From NCBI GenBank assembly GCA_964462685.1, contig CAYWYR010000001.1, forward strand, positions 108,137-172,136: a DNA stretch of 64,000 bases, given 5' to 3'. Both the position numbers and the translations under genes were made by a program. Shown here in pieces: positions 9,672 to 18,438 of the stretch; the first letter of the stretch is position 1, and each line of letters starts with the position of its first letter. Source of the DNA: an uncultured Hyphomicrobiales bacterium. GTDB taxonomy: Bacteria; Bacteroidota; Ignavibacteria; Kapaibacteriales; UBA2268. The notes below the pieces were generated by a model. That model had not been told where the DNA came from and searched no databases. It was given only the letters and a program-made list of their open reading frames with translations.

Positions 9672-9926
9672 ATGGCACACAAAAAAGGTCAAGGTTCCTC
9701 CAGGAACGGTAGAGATTCTAATGCTAACCGCCATGGCGTGAAAAGATTCGGCGGTGAGCTTGTTATACCGGGTAATATTCTTGTACGCCAGAACGGCACT
9801 AAATTCCACCCAGGCGAAAATGTTGGCCTAGGTAAGGATTACACTATTTTCTCTCTTATTGAAGGTAATGTAAAGTTCCGTAAAACCCGCAACAACAAAA
9901 TGACAGTATCTGTACTTCCTAACTGA
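9672..9926 (+). CDS. rpmA: 50S ribosomal protein L27
   Basis: [17 protein letters not shown]-terminus; 84 aa. Confidence 0.9.
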   Translation: MAHKKGQGSSRNGRDSNANRHGVKRFGGELVIPGNILVRQNGTKFHPGENVGLGKDYTIFSLIEGNVKFRKTRNNKMTVSVLPN

Positions 9927-10010
9927 TAAAACTTTTTTTTGGTTAGCGTCGTATATTAATATGCAAACAGTTCTTATGAACTAAATTTCTATAACTCTCC
10001 ACTTGCACAC

Positions 10011-10050
10011 AGCTTCGGGCAGTCACAAAGACCTCCGAAGCTTTTTTTTG
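10011..10050. terminator. Bidirectional rho-independent terminator between rpmA (+) and tonB (-)
   Basis: agcttcgg ... ccgaagct stem followed by T8. Confidence 0.6.
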
Positions 10051-10066
10051 CCCGCCGTTTCTTTCG

Positions 10067-10918
10067 TTAGTCCAATTTATATGTGATCGGTATCCTAATC
10101 CAAGATATTACGGGTCTGCCATCCAGTATAGCTGGTTGAAAGTCAGCTGCCTTCACCGCCTCCAATGCCGATATATGAAAAATTTCTTTACCATTCATTA
10201 CATCAGCTCTCAGTACCTCACCATCCGGACCGACTAATACGCGAACTACTACTCGCCCTTCAAGCCCTGCCTTCTTAGCTATCTGTGGATAGATTATAGA
10301 TCTGCTTAGTTTGCCCATATCAACTCCTGGCTCCTTGTCATAAGCTACAAAAACGGTCTCGTCAGGTATCTCGATAACATTGATGCCGTCCTTATTACCA
10401 TTCCCGATGCCGTTACCATTACCGTCTCCAAAACCGCCTGTCCCCAAACCGTTTGCAGTAAGTCCATCAAGCGTGTTATTCCCATCGCTGCCCATTAATG
10501 TATTCATTTCATCTATTAGCTCATTCAGATCATTATCCAGACCATCATCGGGTACAACAATATCGATAGTCGGTATATCATTCACTGTCGTAATTTGTGT
10601 AGGCATACTGTTATTTATAGAATTTTCAATAGGGGCAGTACTCTTTTTGCTGCCACCAGCATCCGGCTTTATCAGCTCTTTTATATCCTCCATAAAAATC
10701 TTGATAGGTTCAACCTTTTTGTCGAATGCACTATCTGTCGGGTATATCTGCTCATTAGGAGCTAACCAGTTAGCAAAAAGTCCGATTAATGCAGAAGTGC
10801 CGAATGTAATAATAAAGGCTTTTAATTGCTGCTTCCAGCTTTCTCTGTTCTGAGATGGCCCGCCATAGGGCATAAGGTTTTGTGGTAAAAATCTATTGCC
10901 GTCCATAATATTCCTCAA
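10067..10918 (-). CDS. tonB: Energy transducer TonB
   Basis: N-terminal TM anchor, a Gly/Asn-rich linker, and a C-terminal TonB domain (GRVVVRVLVGPDGEVLRADV ... PVISWIRIPITYKL). Confidence 0.7.
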   Translation of the reverse strand: MRNIMDGNRFLPQNLMPYGGPSQNRESWKQQLKAFIITFGTSALIGLFANWLAPNEQIYPTDSAFDKKVEPIKIFMEDIKELIKPDAGGSKKSTAPIENSINNSMPTQITTVNDIPTIDIVVPDDGLDNDLNELIDEMNTLMGSDGNNTLDGLTANGLGTGGFGDGNGNGIGNGNKDGINVIEIPDETVFVAYDKEPGVDMGKLSRSIIYPQIAKKAGLEGRVVVRVLVGPDGEVLRADVMNGKEIFHISALEAVKAADFQPAILDGRPVISWIRIPITYKLD

Positions 10919-10995
10919 TGATTACTTATTGTTCATATTAAATAGACAAACCGAGAGATAAAATGGTTACAGATGCACAGAAAGAGAAAACAAGT

Positions 10996-11025
10996 TTGAT
11001 ACAAATCGTATTTTCCTTATATTTG
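10996..11025 (+). promoter_or_regulatory. TTG-N19-TAtaTTTG promoter upstream of tRNA-Leu(UAA)
   Basis: TTG at 10996-10998, a 19-nt spacer, then TATATTTG at 11018-11025, 32 nt before the tRNA 5' end. It shares the TATATTTGTAG core with the rplU promoter. Confidence 0.5.
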
Positions 11026-11057
11026 TAGCTATTCCGTTTGCCACACGATCGGAAAGT

Positions 11058-11141
11058 GCCCGGATGGCGGAATTGGTAGACGCTCAGGACTTAAAATCCT
11101 GTGATGGCAACATCGTGCGGGTTCGATTCCCGCTCTGGGTA
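11058..11141 (+). tRNA. tRNA-Leu (anticodon UAA)
   Basis: GCCCGGATGGCGGAATTGGTAGACGC D-arm. Anticodon stem-loop cagga-cuUAAaa-uccug. Long variable arm. T-arm gcgggTTCGAttcccgc. Confidence 0.85.
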
Positions 11142-11148
11142 CAAAAAA
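11127..11148 (+). repeat. Direct repeat, left copy: tRNA-Leu 3' end plus 3 nt (candidate attL core)
   Basis: ttcccgctctgggtacaaaaaa recurs at 14534..14555 with identical sequence. Confidence 0.7.
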
Positions 11149-11195
11149 AGGGGAAGCTTTTAAACAGAGGTTTCCCCTTTTATTTTAGGGTCTGA
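11148..11195 (+). terminator. Terminator hairpin after tRNA-Leu(UAA)
   Basis: aaaggggaa ... ttcccctttt stem followed by a T-rich tail. Confidence 0.45.
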
Positions 11196-11596
11196 TGTTT
11201 AATGTTTAACTCCCTGTTCTTTTATCGCTATTAATTGGAATTTTTATTTGTTTCGATACGTTTATATTAGTCCAAGATCAGTTTAAATTAATCATCTAAA
11301 ATGCATTCAGTGCAAATATCCCTTAGTTATTCCACAATCATTATAATTATATACTGGATAATTTATTATTAGTTATTCATACAAAAAGATGAATAACAGA
11401 TTAATGAGTACATAAATAGAATTAAAAACTCATTACCAGACTAAATAGTATAAAAGATATTTATGCATCTTCTAAAGTCTTATTTTTTTTTTATTTTATG
11501 ATTAACTAAAACAGATTATAGATATATTTATGGAAACATCAAAAGTTGATGTGTTTTTTTTTCTATTGCTTTTGCAATATAATTAGGAGGTCTCAT

Positions 11597-12301
11597 ATGA
11601 GATTAAAGTTTTTTGTATCACTTATTTTAGTAGTAGGTGTAACAACTATCTACGCACAAACACCTGCTGTGTGTATTCCTGAACCCATCACTATCGATTT
11701 GGACGATTATCCAATTCAAGCAGATGACTTTCTAATATACGGGAGTATCGATGTTGTTGGATCATTTGATGCTGAAACGTGTGTTTATAATCTAGAGCTT
11801 GATTGGCCAGGATTTAATCCGTATAGCATAAACGGTAAGCAATATTCCTTTGAAGATGTCAAGGGTCTGTTGACTTTTAAATTTCTCGAAGCATTCTATC
11901 GAGATCATATAGACAATAAAGATCCTAGTTTGACATACACAGTCAATTTTTTTGAGAAGAAGTTTTGTACCTATAATGAGGTATGTTATTTAGAATTTGA
12001 AAGAAATGCAACAACCGACTGTGTTGATCCTGGATTTGGCGATCCTCCAATTTGGATAGAGGGTAATACCAATAGAATATTATCTTTCGTGAGTGAAGGA
12101 GGAACCTGTGGATACGTGTGCTGCGTTACACCAGTAACATTTAAACCAGGGCAAGGTAGCATAATTGTTGATAATATACAAATTCTGAACTCTTATCAGT
12201 ACTCTTCATTTTGTGAGCCTCCGGCAGAAACAGATTGTCTTACTGGTGAACCTTATGAATGTGTAAGTCCTAGCTGTGATTATGTAAAAGGGGGTAGTTA
12301 A
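11597..12301 (+). CDS. Cysteine-rich secreted hypothetical protein (islet gene 1)
   Basis: An AGGAGG RBS lies 8 nt upstream of ATG 11597. Signal peptide MRLKFFVSLILVVGVTTIYAQ. Sixteen Cys in the mature part. Very AT-rich upstream region. Confidence 0.5.
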   Translation: MRLKFFVSLILVVGVTTIYAQTPAVCIPEPITIDLDDYPIQADDFLIYGSIDVVGSFDAETCVYNLELDWPGFNPYSINGKQYSFEDVKGLLTFKFLEAFYRDHIDNKDPSLTYTVNFFEKKFCTYNEVCYLEFERNATTDCVDPGFGDPPIWIEGNTNRILSFVSEGGTCGYVCCVTPVTFKPGQGSIIVDNIQILNSYQYSSFCEPPAETDCLTGEPYECVSPSCDYVKGGS

Positions 12302-13758
12302 TGAGATCATTTTCAATTATGCTGCTATTTATAGGGATGTACTATTGCAGTTTATCTTATGATACTGATGAATTTTTTGTAAAAAACAGATTAGTAGTGA
12401 ATGAGAACGGATATATTATGGTACTCGATAAGAATGACCCCACTCCTGAAAATTTCTATTTTGGTAAAGATATCGATAATCTAGTCAGTGTGGATTGTCC
12501 AATGTATTTACAAGAAACAGATGATTTCATGTTAGATTTCTCTATTTCCCCTTCAGGAGATCTATATGCTACTTTAAAAGACAGCCTATACCGCTTTGAT
12601 GATAACTCCTGGGTTAGTTATCCATTTAGATTTGACCTTCCTGCACCCTCTATCGATGTACTTGGATTTGATGATGACAATGACCCCATCCTAGAGTTAT
12701 CTGAGGCATATTTCATTAATTCCCAGGGTACTAATATCCCAATTATCGTATCTATGGAAATAGCAAGATTTAAAAACGAGGAATTGCTCTATTACCCAGA
12801 CAGCCATCTGGGTGTAGATATTAATGATGAAAATATTATAAGATTCCCAAGATTTATTGAAGGCACTAGAATCTATTATGAAGCCGTTTCTCCCGTTATG
12901 GACTCAATGGCACTCGGTACGGTCGAGAATCTGTTCGAGGATAATCTCTTTATATTAGACAGAGATGGAATCAAAGAAAGCTTTAGGACTTTAAACTTTC
13001 CTGATAGTGTACCTGTAACTGCATCTTCTATTACTAATGTAAAAAAGGCAAACAACACTCTCTATTTTAATCATAGAAAACCAGTGGTTCAGATACCTTC
13101 AGACGACAATGCTAGTTTGACCAATATCTTTCTTGACAAGATGATAACTACGTTCGATCTTGATACTTACGAACAGGATATTATTAACGACTGGTCTGCT
13201 TTGCCTTCAATATATTTAGAACCAGGGTTCTCGAATATGTACTCTGTAGATGACAAGATATACGGAATAAACTACAATACCCTGTACACGATAGTAGGCC
13301 GATCGGTTAAGAATATTCAGATCGATATCGACAAGCTTATAACGGTATATCCATTCAGAAATGAATCGGAATATACAGAAATTGATATCAGCGGGGATAT
13401 TGCCGATATATCAGTAGGCAAGATGAAGGGACTTTTCCAGATGGGCGGGATGGTTTACTTTATTGGAGATTATGCATTCTATGAGTTTGAGACCAGTGCT
13501 ATCAAACCATTAACGTCGGTTGTGTCGGAAAACTCACAGAATCGCTTGGAGGCATATTATTCTAAAGGTGTACTACACTTCAAGAAAATGATAGAAACCG
13601 AAGCCTATCTATTCGACATAAACGGTAAGCTGTTGATGGAAATACAGGCAAATACTGAATCGATAGATATGTCACCATATCCGGTCGGTACATATATCGT
13701 GATGAAGTCTTTCAATACACCTCAATTTCAATCATTCAAATTTTCAAAAAAGGACTAA
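12301..13758 (+). CDS. Secreted hypothetical protein with a T9SS-like C-terminal domain (islet gene 2)
   Basis: A TAATG stop/start overlap with the upstream gene. N-terminal signal/lipobox-like segment. C-terminal segment (YLFDINGKLLMEIQ ... GTYIVMKSF) resembles a Por CTD. Confidence 0.5.
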   Translation: MRSFSIMLLFIGMYYCSLSYDTDEFFVKNRLVVNENGYIMVLDKNDPTPENFYFGKDIDNLVSVDCPMYLQETDDFMLDFSISPSGDLYATLKDSLYRFDDNSWVSYPFRFDLPAPSIDVLGFDDDNDPILELSEAYFINSQGTNIPIIVSMEIARFKNEELLYYPDSHLGVDINDENIIRFPRFIEGTRIYYEAVSPVMDSMALGTVENLFEDNLFILDRDGIKESFRTLNFPDSVPVTASSITNVKKANNTLYFNHRKPVVQIPSDDNASLTNIFLDKMITTFDLDTYEQDIINDWSALPSIYLEPGFSNMYSVDDKIYGINYNTLYTIVGRSVKNIQIDIDKLITVYPFRNESEYTEIDISGDIADISVGKMKGLFQMGGMVYFIGDYAFYEFETSAIKPLTSVVSENSQNRLEAYYSKGVLHFKKMIETEAYLFDINGKLLMEIQANTESIDMSPYPVGTYIVMKSFNTPQFQSFKFSKKD

Positions 13759-13759
13759 A

Positions 13760-14413
13760 ATGAAAAAACTAATTTTCTTATTAATAATATCATTTAGTAT
13801 TCAAAACATAGCTTTATCGCAAGCTGAAGATTGTGTACCGGGAAATCCACAATGGACAAATGGGACAGCATCATATGATAACGATGGTTATATGACAAAC
13901 AATATCTATTCTACAGTTGATTACAAATTTTCAGGTACTAATGTTATTATTGACTGGTTTACACTAAACAATACTAGTATAGGTGGTTGGATTAGTGATC
14001 AACTTGTGAAAGATGGTCTTATTAGTAGTATTGCATATTCATTGACTTCTGGATCCGGAACTGTAAATTTCTATTTCGAAACAGTATGTCGAAAACTTGT
14101 AAGGGCATATTATACGAGAGCACAAACATAAGACGAAGAATGTTGTCCTTCTAAATCACAAGCTGAAAAAGATGCTTTATTTGAAAGAATAAGTGGAGTA
14201 GATTATAGAGTTGCTACTCGGTGGGTGGATTGTGGTGTAAAATGTTGTAGATTGGAAGTGACAATCACTTCAAGCTTTGATACCTTTAGCAGCAAATGGG
14301 TATATTCATATGCATATAATACTTATTCTGTAACTAATTGTGATCCTGGTACTGACGTGGATTGTAAAGACAGGCCTGCACCTTGTGCAGCGGATTGTCC
14401 AGAGTATCCGTAA
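13760..14413 (+). pseudogene. Cys-rich secreted protein gene interrupted by a single in-frame TAA at 14129-14131 (islet gene 3)
   Basis: ORFs 13760..14131 and 14225..14413 share one frame. The stretch between them (DEECCPSKSQAEKDALFERISGVDYRVATRWVDCGVKCC ...) is open. Signal peptide MKKLIFLLIISFSIQNIALSQA. Confidence 0.35.
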
Positions 14414-14533
14414 AATGTATGTATAAAGATTAGGAACGGGTCATAATAAATTTGTTCCTATCTTATATCTCGCACAATAACGGACATTTATATGTTGCTC
14501 AACTATTTTTAATTCACTCAACATTAATAGCGT

Positions 14534-14555
14534 TCCCGCTCTGGGTACAAAAAAG
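14534..14555 (+). repeat. Direct repeat, right copy: orphan tRNA-Leu 3' fragment (candidate attR core)
   Basis: A 22/22 identity to 11127..11148. No tRNA body lies upstream of it. Confidence 0.7.
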
Positions 14556-14586
14556 GCTTCCTTTCATCCGAAGGGAAGCCTTTTTT
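14555..14586. terminator. Strong bidirectional terminator hairpin (3' of the 14619..15956 minus-strand gene)
   Basis: A 10-bp stem ggcttccttt / aaagggaagcc with loop catccg, then T6. Confidence 0.6.
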
Positions 14587-14618
14587 GCATTTGTTTTCTA
14601 GAATACTTAATCCAAGAA

Positions 14619-15956
14619 TTACTGCACAGCTAACCATTCAGAGTTGCCGCCGATAATTACTCTATAAAGGCCTGGTGTGCTAAAAGAACTGCGGTTGATT
14701 ACGCCTTCTCCGTTAATCATTACACCTTCAGTAACTAATTCTCCAGTAATCGAATATACCTGATATCCGGTAGCCTGTTTGTCCTCAGATACTATTGAAG
14801 CCTGTGTATCCAAAAAGTTAGGCGAAATACTGAAATCATATTGGGTTTCTGTTTGTACACTTATAGGATAACTATAAATGGCAATAGTATTGTTTTTAGA
14901 ATAATCTTCATTAAACGGCATTGCCATAGCTAAATTGAAGAAATTCCCGATTAGTCCCTCACCAAAGTGATCCGCTTGAAATTCTACAGAAACTTCGCTC
15001 TCAGTATCTATAACAAGTGTTTTCTTTGAATAAGTTGATACAACCAACATGTTCTCATTAATTAGCCATGCATCCCTTGGCCCCCCAAAACCTTCCGTAT
15101 CTGTTTGAATGGTCTGAACCAATTCACCTGTAACAGAGTTTATTCTATATATTTCGTGTGAACCGTTGCCGATAACATAAAATTCAGCCTCATCATTATC
15201 GTTTTCGGGGGCTAATACTATTGAGTTTGGGGTATTGCCTACCGGAATAGATACATAATCCCACGTGCTTACTAAGCCAAAGGTGATTTTGCCTACTTGC
15301 ACAGTCCAATTTTGAAATGTACCATCATGATTTAGTGTAGCGATATATAATTCACCGCTGTCGTCCCCACCAACAATATTCATATTTGTTGCGTATTTCC
15401 CAGCGTCTAAATTGATCTGAAAACCATTAACAAAAACACTTACTTCTGAATCTCCTACAGCATTACTGGTTAAGAGCATTTCAATAGTATTCACTTCGCC
15501 ATCTTCTTCATCTTGCAAATAGAAGATAGCATCTGTATCAATCTCAAAAGTAGGCTCAGATTCTAATGTTTGAGTAGCATAATCAAACATATAGACATTA
15601 CCGTCAGTCATAGGAATGAAAGAATTATCCCCAATACCAAATACATTGACTGGAAATTTTGGAAAATAACCATCTATTTCTGCTACTTGTTCAGGAATTG
15701 ATCCCCATTCATACTTCCAGATTGATGCTTTCGTATCTGTTCCTTCGTCATATACACCATCAAATTCTACATCATCCCCGATACATATAATATAAAATGG
15801 TTCAGAAAACTCATTATCAAGTATATCTTCGATATTACCAATTATCTTTGCGGGGCCTAAGCCAACTTCGATTTCATTATATTGATATACAGGAAACTGT
15901 CCTAAAGCAATGGCAGCCGTAGCCAGTAGTGATAAAAGTAGTGTAGTAATTTTCAT
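14619..15956 (-). CDS. Secreted hypothetical protein with a T9SS C-terminal sorting domain
   Basis: Signal peptide MKITTLLLSLLATAAIALGQ. C-terminal GYQVYSITGELVTEG ... GLYRVIIGGNSEWLAVQ is CTD-like. Confidence 0.5.
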   Translation of the reverse strand: MKITTLLLSLLATAAIALGQFPVYQYNEIEVGLGPAKIIGNIEDILDNEFSEPFYIICIGDDVEFDGVYDEGTDTKASIWKYEWGSIPEQVAEIDGYFPKFPVNVFGIGDNSFIPMTDGNVYMFDYATQTLESEPTFEIDTDAIFYLQDEEDGEVNTIEMLLTSNAVGDSEVSVFVNGFQINLDAGKYATNMNIVGGDDSGELYIATLNHDGTFQNWTVQVGKITFGLVSTWDYVSIPVGNTPNSIVLAPENDNDEAEFYVIGNGSHEIYRINSVTGELVQTIQTDTEGFGGPRDAWLINENMLVVSTYSKKTLVIDTESEVSVEFQADHFGEGLIGNFFNLAMAMPFNEDYSKNNTIAIYSYPISVQTETQYDFSISPNFLDTQASIVSEDKQATGYQVYSITGELVTEGVMINGEGVINRSSFSTPGLYRVIIGGNSEWLAVQ

Positions 15957-16089
15957 TGGTTACCTTAATGATTATTTATTTCTTTTAATTGCCGTAACAT
16001 CAAATATAAGCTTTTTGTCAGTCTTTAACTCTAAAAAAACTATGATTGTCTTTTTTCGTCATAACTGTTTTGAAAAAACTATTTGAAGT

Positions 16090-16812
16090 ATGAAACTCAA
16101 CGTCAATATTGATCATTTTGCCACACTTCGCAACGCGCGTGGATATCACTTCCCCGATCCTGTAAAGGCTGCGGATATCGCGGAAGCGGCTGGTGCTAGT
16201 GGTATCGTCTGCCATTTGAGAGAAGATAGGCGGCATATTAAAGATGATGATGTAAAGAGATTGAAAGAGTCCGTAAAAGGCCAGTTTGACTTCGAGATAT
16301 CCCTCGATCCTGAGATACTTGATATAGCTATTGCCACAAGACCCGATCTTGTTACACTAGTACCCGAAAAGAGGGAAGAGCTGACAACCGAAGGTGGCAT
16401 GAACATGCAGACAACCGCGGAAAAACTAAAATCAATCATACCAAGATTCCATGAAGCCGGGATTAGAGTATCACTATTTGTAGAACCTGATGAATATGCA
16501 ATACGGCAAGCCACAGAGCTAAAAGCCGATATGGTAGAGCTCCACACAGGCCATTACTCCGATCACCACATAAAAAACGGCTGGGACTCAAAGTGTGAAT
16601 ATATGGTCGGCGGTTTTAAGTCCGCGGCTAAACTCGCAAAATCTCTTGGCCTAGAAGTTGCGGCGGGGCACGGTATCACTCTTGATAACATTTCGCCTAT
16701 TTCAGCGATCAAGGATATAGATGAGCTTTCAATTGGGCATGCACTGGTTGCGGATTCGCTTTTTTTAGGTCTTGAAAATGCGGTAATTGCTTATCTTGAA
16801 AAAATGAAATAG
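16090..16812 (+). CDS. pdxJ: Pyridoxine 5'-phosphate synthase
   Basis: NIDHFATLRNARG ... HLREDRRHI and EPDEYAIRQA motifs characteristic of PdxJ. Confidence 0.9.
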   Translation: MKLNVNIDHFATLRNARGYHFPDPVKAADIAEAAGASGIVCHLREDRRHIKDDDVKRLKESVKGQFDFEISLDPEILDIAIATRPDLVTLVPEKREELTTEGGMNMQTTAEKLKSIIPRFHEAGIRVSLFVEPDEYAIRQATELKADMVELHTGHYSDHHIKNGWDSKCEYMVGGFKSAAKLAKSLGLEVAAGHGITLDNISPISAIKDIDELSIGHALVADSLFLGLENAVIAYLEKMK

Positions 16813-16884
16813 CGTGAATATGCGTCTTATTATTGATTGATGTTATTTATAATAAAGAAAACTAACTAATAAATAGGAACAGAT

Positions 16885-17736
16885 ATGAAAAAATTACTCA
16901 AACTCTCTAGCGTATTGTTGCTTTCAACTGCGATGTTCACAGCTTGCGACGATGATGATGACGGACCGATCAATCCGATAGATAATACCGACCCGACCGT
17001 AACCTACGTTACATTCGACGCCGGTAGTTACTGGATATACGAAAGCAATGAATATGATGATGAGAACCCCCAGATAGGAGAGACTACAAGAGATTCCACT
17101 GTAGTTGATGTGAAACTGCTTTTCGCCCAAAGAACAGCTACCAAGTATAATACTTATGAAATGAACGCTGACGGTTCATATCCCGCCGATCCGACCGCTA
17201 TCGATTATTACTCAGAAGAAGAAGGGAATATATGGGTGTATAGTGATGTGATAAATTCTCGCCTATCGATTGATGAATTTGAGGATTTAGACCTATCTAT
17301 CCCTGACGGATGGCTTCAGATAAGAGATATAGGTGCGAATGGTGAATGGACTCTTCAAACAGTCAACCTCCAAGACTTTACTGTGCCATTAGAGGGTTTT
17401 GGAGAAGCATCTATTAGTAATGGTACCTTATCGCTAAAAGCAAGAAATCTCGGTACAGATAACTTCACATTAAACGGAGCTGAGTTCCCAGTTATAAAAC
17501 AAGAAATCAGTTTCGAGCTAAATGGCGAAGGAACATTTTTAGGCCAACCAGCTGGGACAATAACAGGAAGCACGCGCTATGAAATGTGGTTTAGTGAAGA
17601 TTACGGGCTAGTGCAAACTAATTTTATGCCTTTTGGTGTAAGAAGTTCCATTATCGATCCAGAAAGTGATATTTACACTCAACCTGGTACTCTTACATCA
17701 GCAGTTGATGCACAAGTTGTATTATCTGATGATTAA
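16885..17736 (+). CDS. Hypothetical lipoprotein
   Basis: Lipobox LLSTAMFTAC followed by DDDDDG. No recognisable catalytic motifs. Confidence 0.5.
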   Translation: MKKLLKLSSVLLLSTAMFTACDDDDDGPINPIDNTDPTVTYVTFDAGSYWIYESNEYDDENPQIGETTRDSTVVDVKLLFAQRTATKYNTYEMNADGSYPADPTAIDYYSEEEGNIWVYSDVINSRLSIDEFEDLDLSIPDGWLQIRDIGANGEWTLQTVNLQDFTVPLEGFGEASISNGTLSLKARNLGTDNFTLNGAEFPVIKQEISFELNGEGTFLGQPAGTITGSTRYEMWFSEDYGLVQTNFMPFGVRSSIIDPESDIYTQPGTLTSAVDAQVVLSDD

Positions 17737-17756
17737 TAGAAACGAGATGAGTTAGA

Positions 17757-17789
17757 AGCCAGCTATAAAAAATAGTCTGGCTTTTTTTA
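17757..17789 (+). terminator. Rho-independent terminator
   Basis: agccag ... ctggct stem followed by T7. Confidence 0.55.
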
Positions 17790-17797
17790 TTTTCTGC

Positions 17798-17828
17798 TTG
17801 CAGATTAACTTAATCTTCCTTAAATTTG
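17798..17828 (+). promoter_or_regulatory. TTG-N20-TAaaTTTG promoter upstream of tRNA-Val
   Basis: TTG at 17798-17800, a 20-nt spacer, then TAAATTTG at 17821-17828. Confidence 0.45.
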
Positions 17829-17882
17829 TCTCTCTTTTGAAAGAGATGACGGCAAAAGTTGTTGCTCGATAAAAGTAGAAAG

Positions 17883-17960
17883 GGGCGATTAGCTCAGTTG
17901 GTTCAGAGCATCTGCCTTACAAGCAGAGGGTCGGGAGTTCGAGTCTCTCATCGCCCACCA
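17883..17960 (+). tRNA. tRNA-Val (anticodon UAC), CCA encoded
   Basis: GGGCGATTAGCTCAGTTGG start. Anticodon stem-loop ucugc-cuUACaa-gcaga. T-arm GGTTCGAGTC. 3' ATCGCCCACCA. Confidence 0.85.
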
Positions 17961-17974
17961 CGATACATAATTAA

Positions 17975-18008
17975 AGCAAGGCTCTTAGTTGACCTTGCTT
18001 TTCTTTTA
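17975..18008 (+). terminator. Terminator after tRNA-Val
   Basis: agcaagg ... ccttgct stem followed by a T-rich run. Confidence 0.5.
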
Positions 18009-18025
18009 TATAGTTACAAGTATCA

Positions 18026-18109
18026 GCCCGGATGGCGGAACTGGTAGACGCGTTGGATTCAAAATCCAATGATAGCAATATCGTGCGGGTTCGAGTCCCG
18101 CTCTGGGTA
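18026..18109 (+). tRNA. tRNA-Leu (anticodon CAA)
   Basis: GCCCGGATGGCGGAACTGGTAGACGC. Anticodon stem-loop uugga-uuCAAaa-uccaa. Long variable arm. T-arm gcgggTTCGAgtcccgc. Confidence 0.85.
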
Positions 18110-18120
18110 CAAAGTAAAAA

Positions 18121-18155
18121 AGCAAAACCTTCATAGGTTTTGCTTTTCTTGTTTT
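18121..18155 (+). terminator. Terminator after tRNA-Leu(CAA)
   Basis: agcaaaacc ... ggttttgct stem followed by a T-rich run. Confidence 0.55.
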
Positions 18156-18207
18156 GATACACTTGTCTGCAATATCTCATAGCCATTAATTAGAAGTAGC
18201 GCCATAG

Positions 18208-18415
18208 TCGAGTGTCATACTTGAGTGTCACACTGAGCCTGCCCGAGTGCCTGTCGAAATATAGACAAGAGCATTGCAAGATTCAATATGCTAAAGTTTC
18301 TGGATTCCTCGGCCTATCGGCACTCGGAATGACGGTTACTATGTATTGTCATACTTACTTGTCATATTGTGGCTATTGAAATATAGACAAGTACAGTGCA
18401 ACACTAAATATGCTA
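18208..18415. repeat. Two tandem copies of dispersed repeat module A (18208..18292 and 18346..18415), with a partial reverse C-like motif between them
   Basis: tgtcatacttgagtgtcacactgagcctgcccgagtgcctgtcgaaatatagacaag ... caatatgc aligns with 26346..26420 and 30197..30256. Confidence 0.7.
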
Positions 18416-18438
18416 TGTGATCGGAATGATATATGTTT

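Noticed and set aside
11143-14533. Possibility that the tRNA-flanked islet is an intact ICE or prophage.
   Set aside because: It is only 3.4 kb and has no integrase, excisionase, relaxase or phage structural genes. It is reported as a degenerate or minimal islet instead.
16018-16236. A 72-aa minus-strand ORF overlapping the pdxJ start.
   Set aside because: It overlaps a conserved gene start and sits in the divergent promoter region. No support.
18190-18420. Tandem units of about 80 bp after the tRNA-Leu(CAA) gene were considered as a CRISPR-like array.
   Set aside because: The units are long (about 80 bp), imperfect and separated by an irregular 55-bp gap. No short 28-37 bp direct repeats with unique spacers occur, and no cas genes are present. 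They are copies of dispersed repeat module A.
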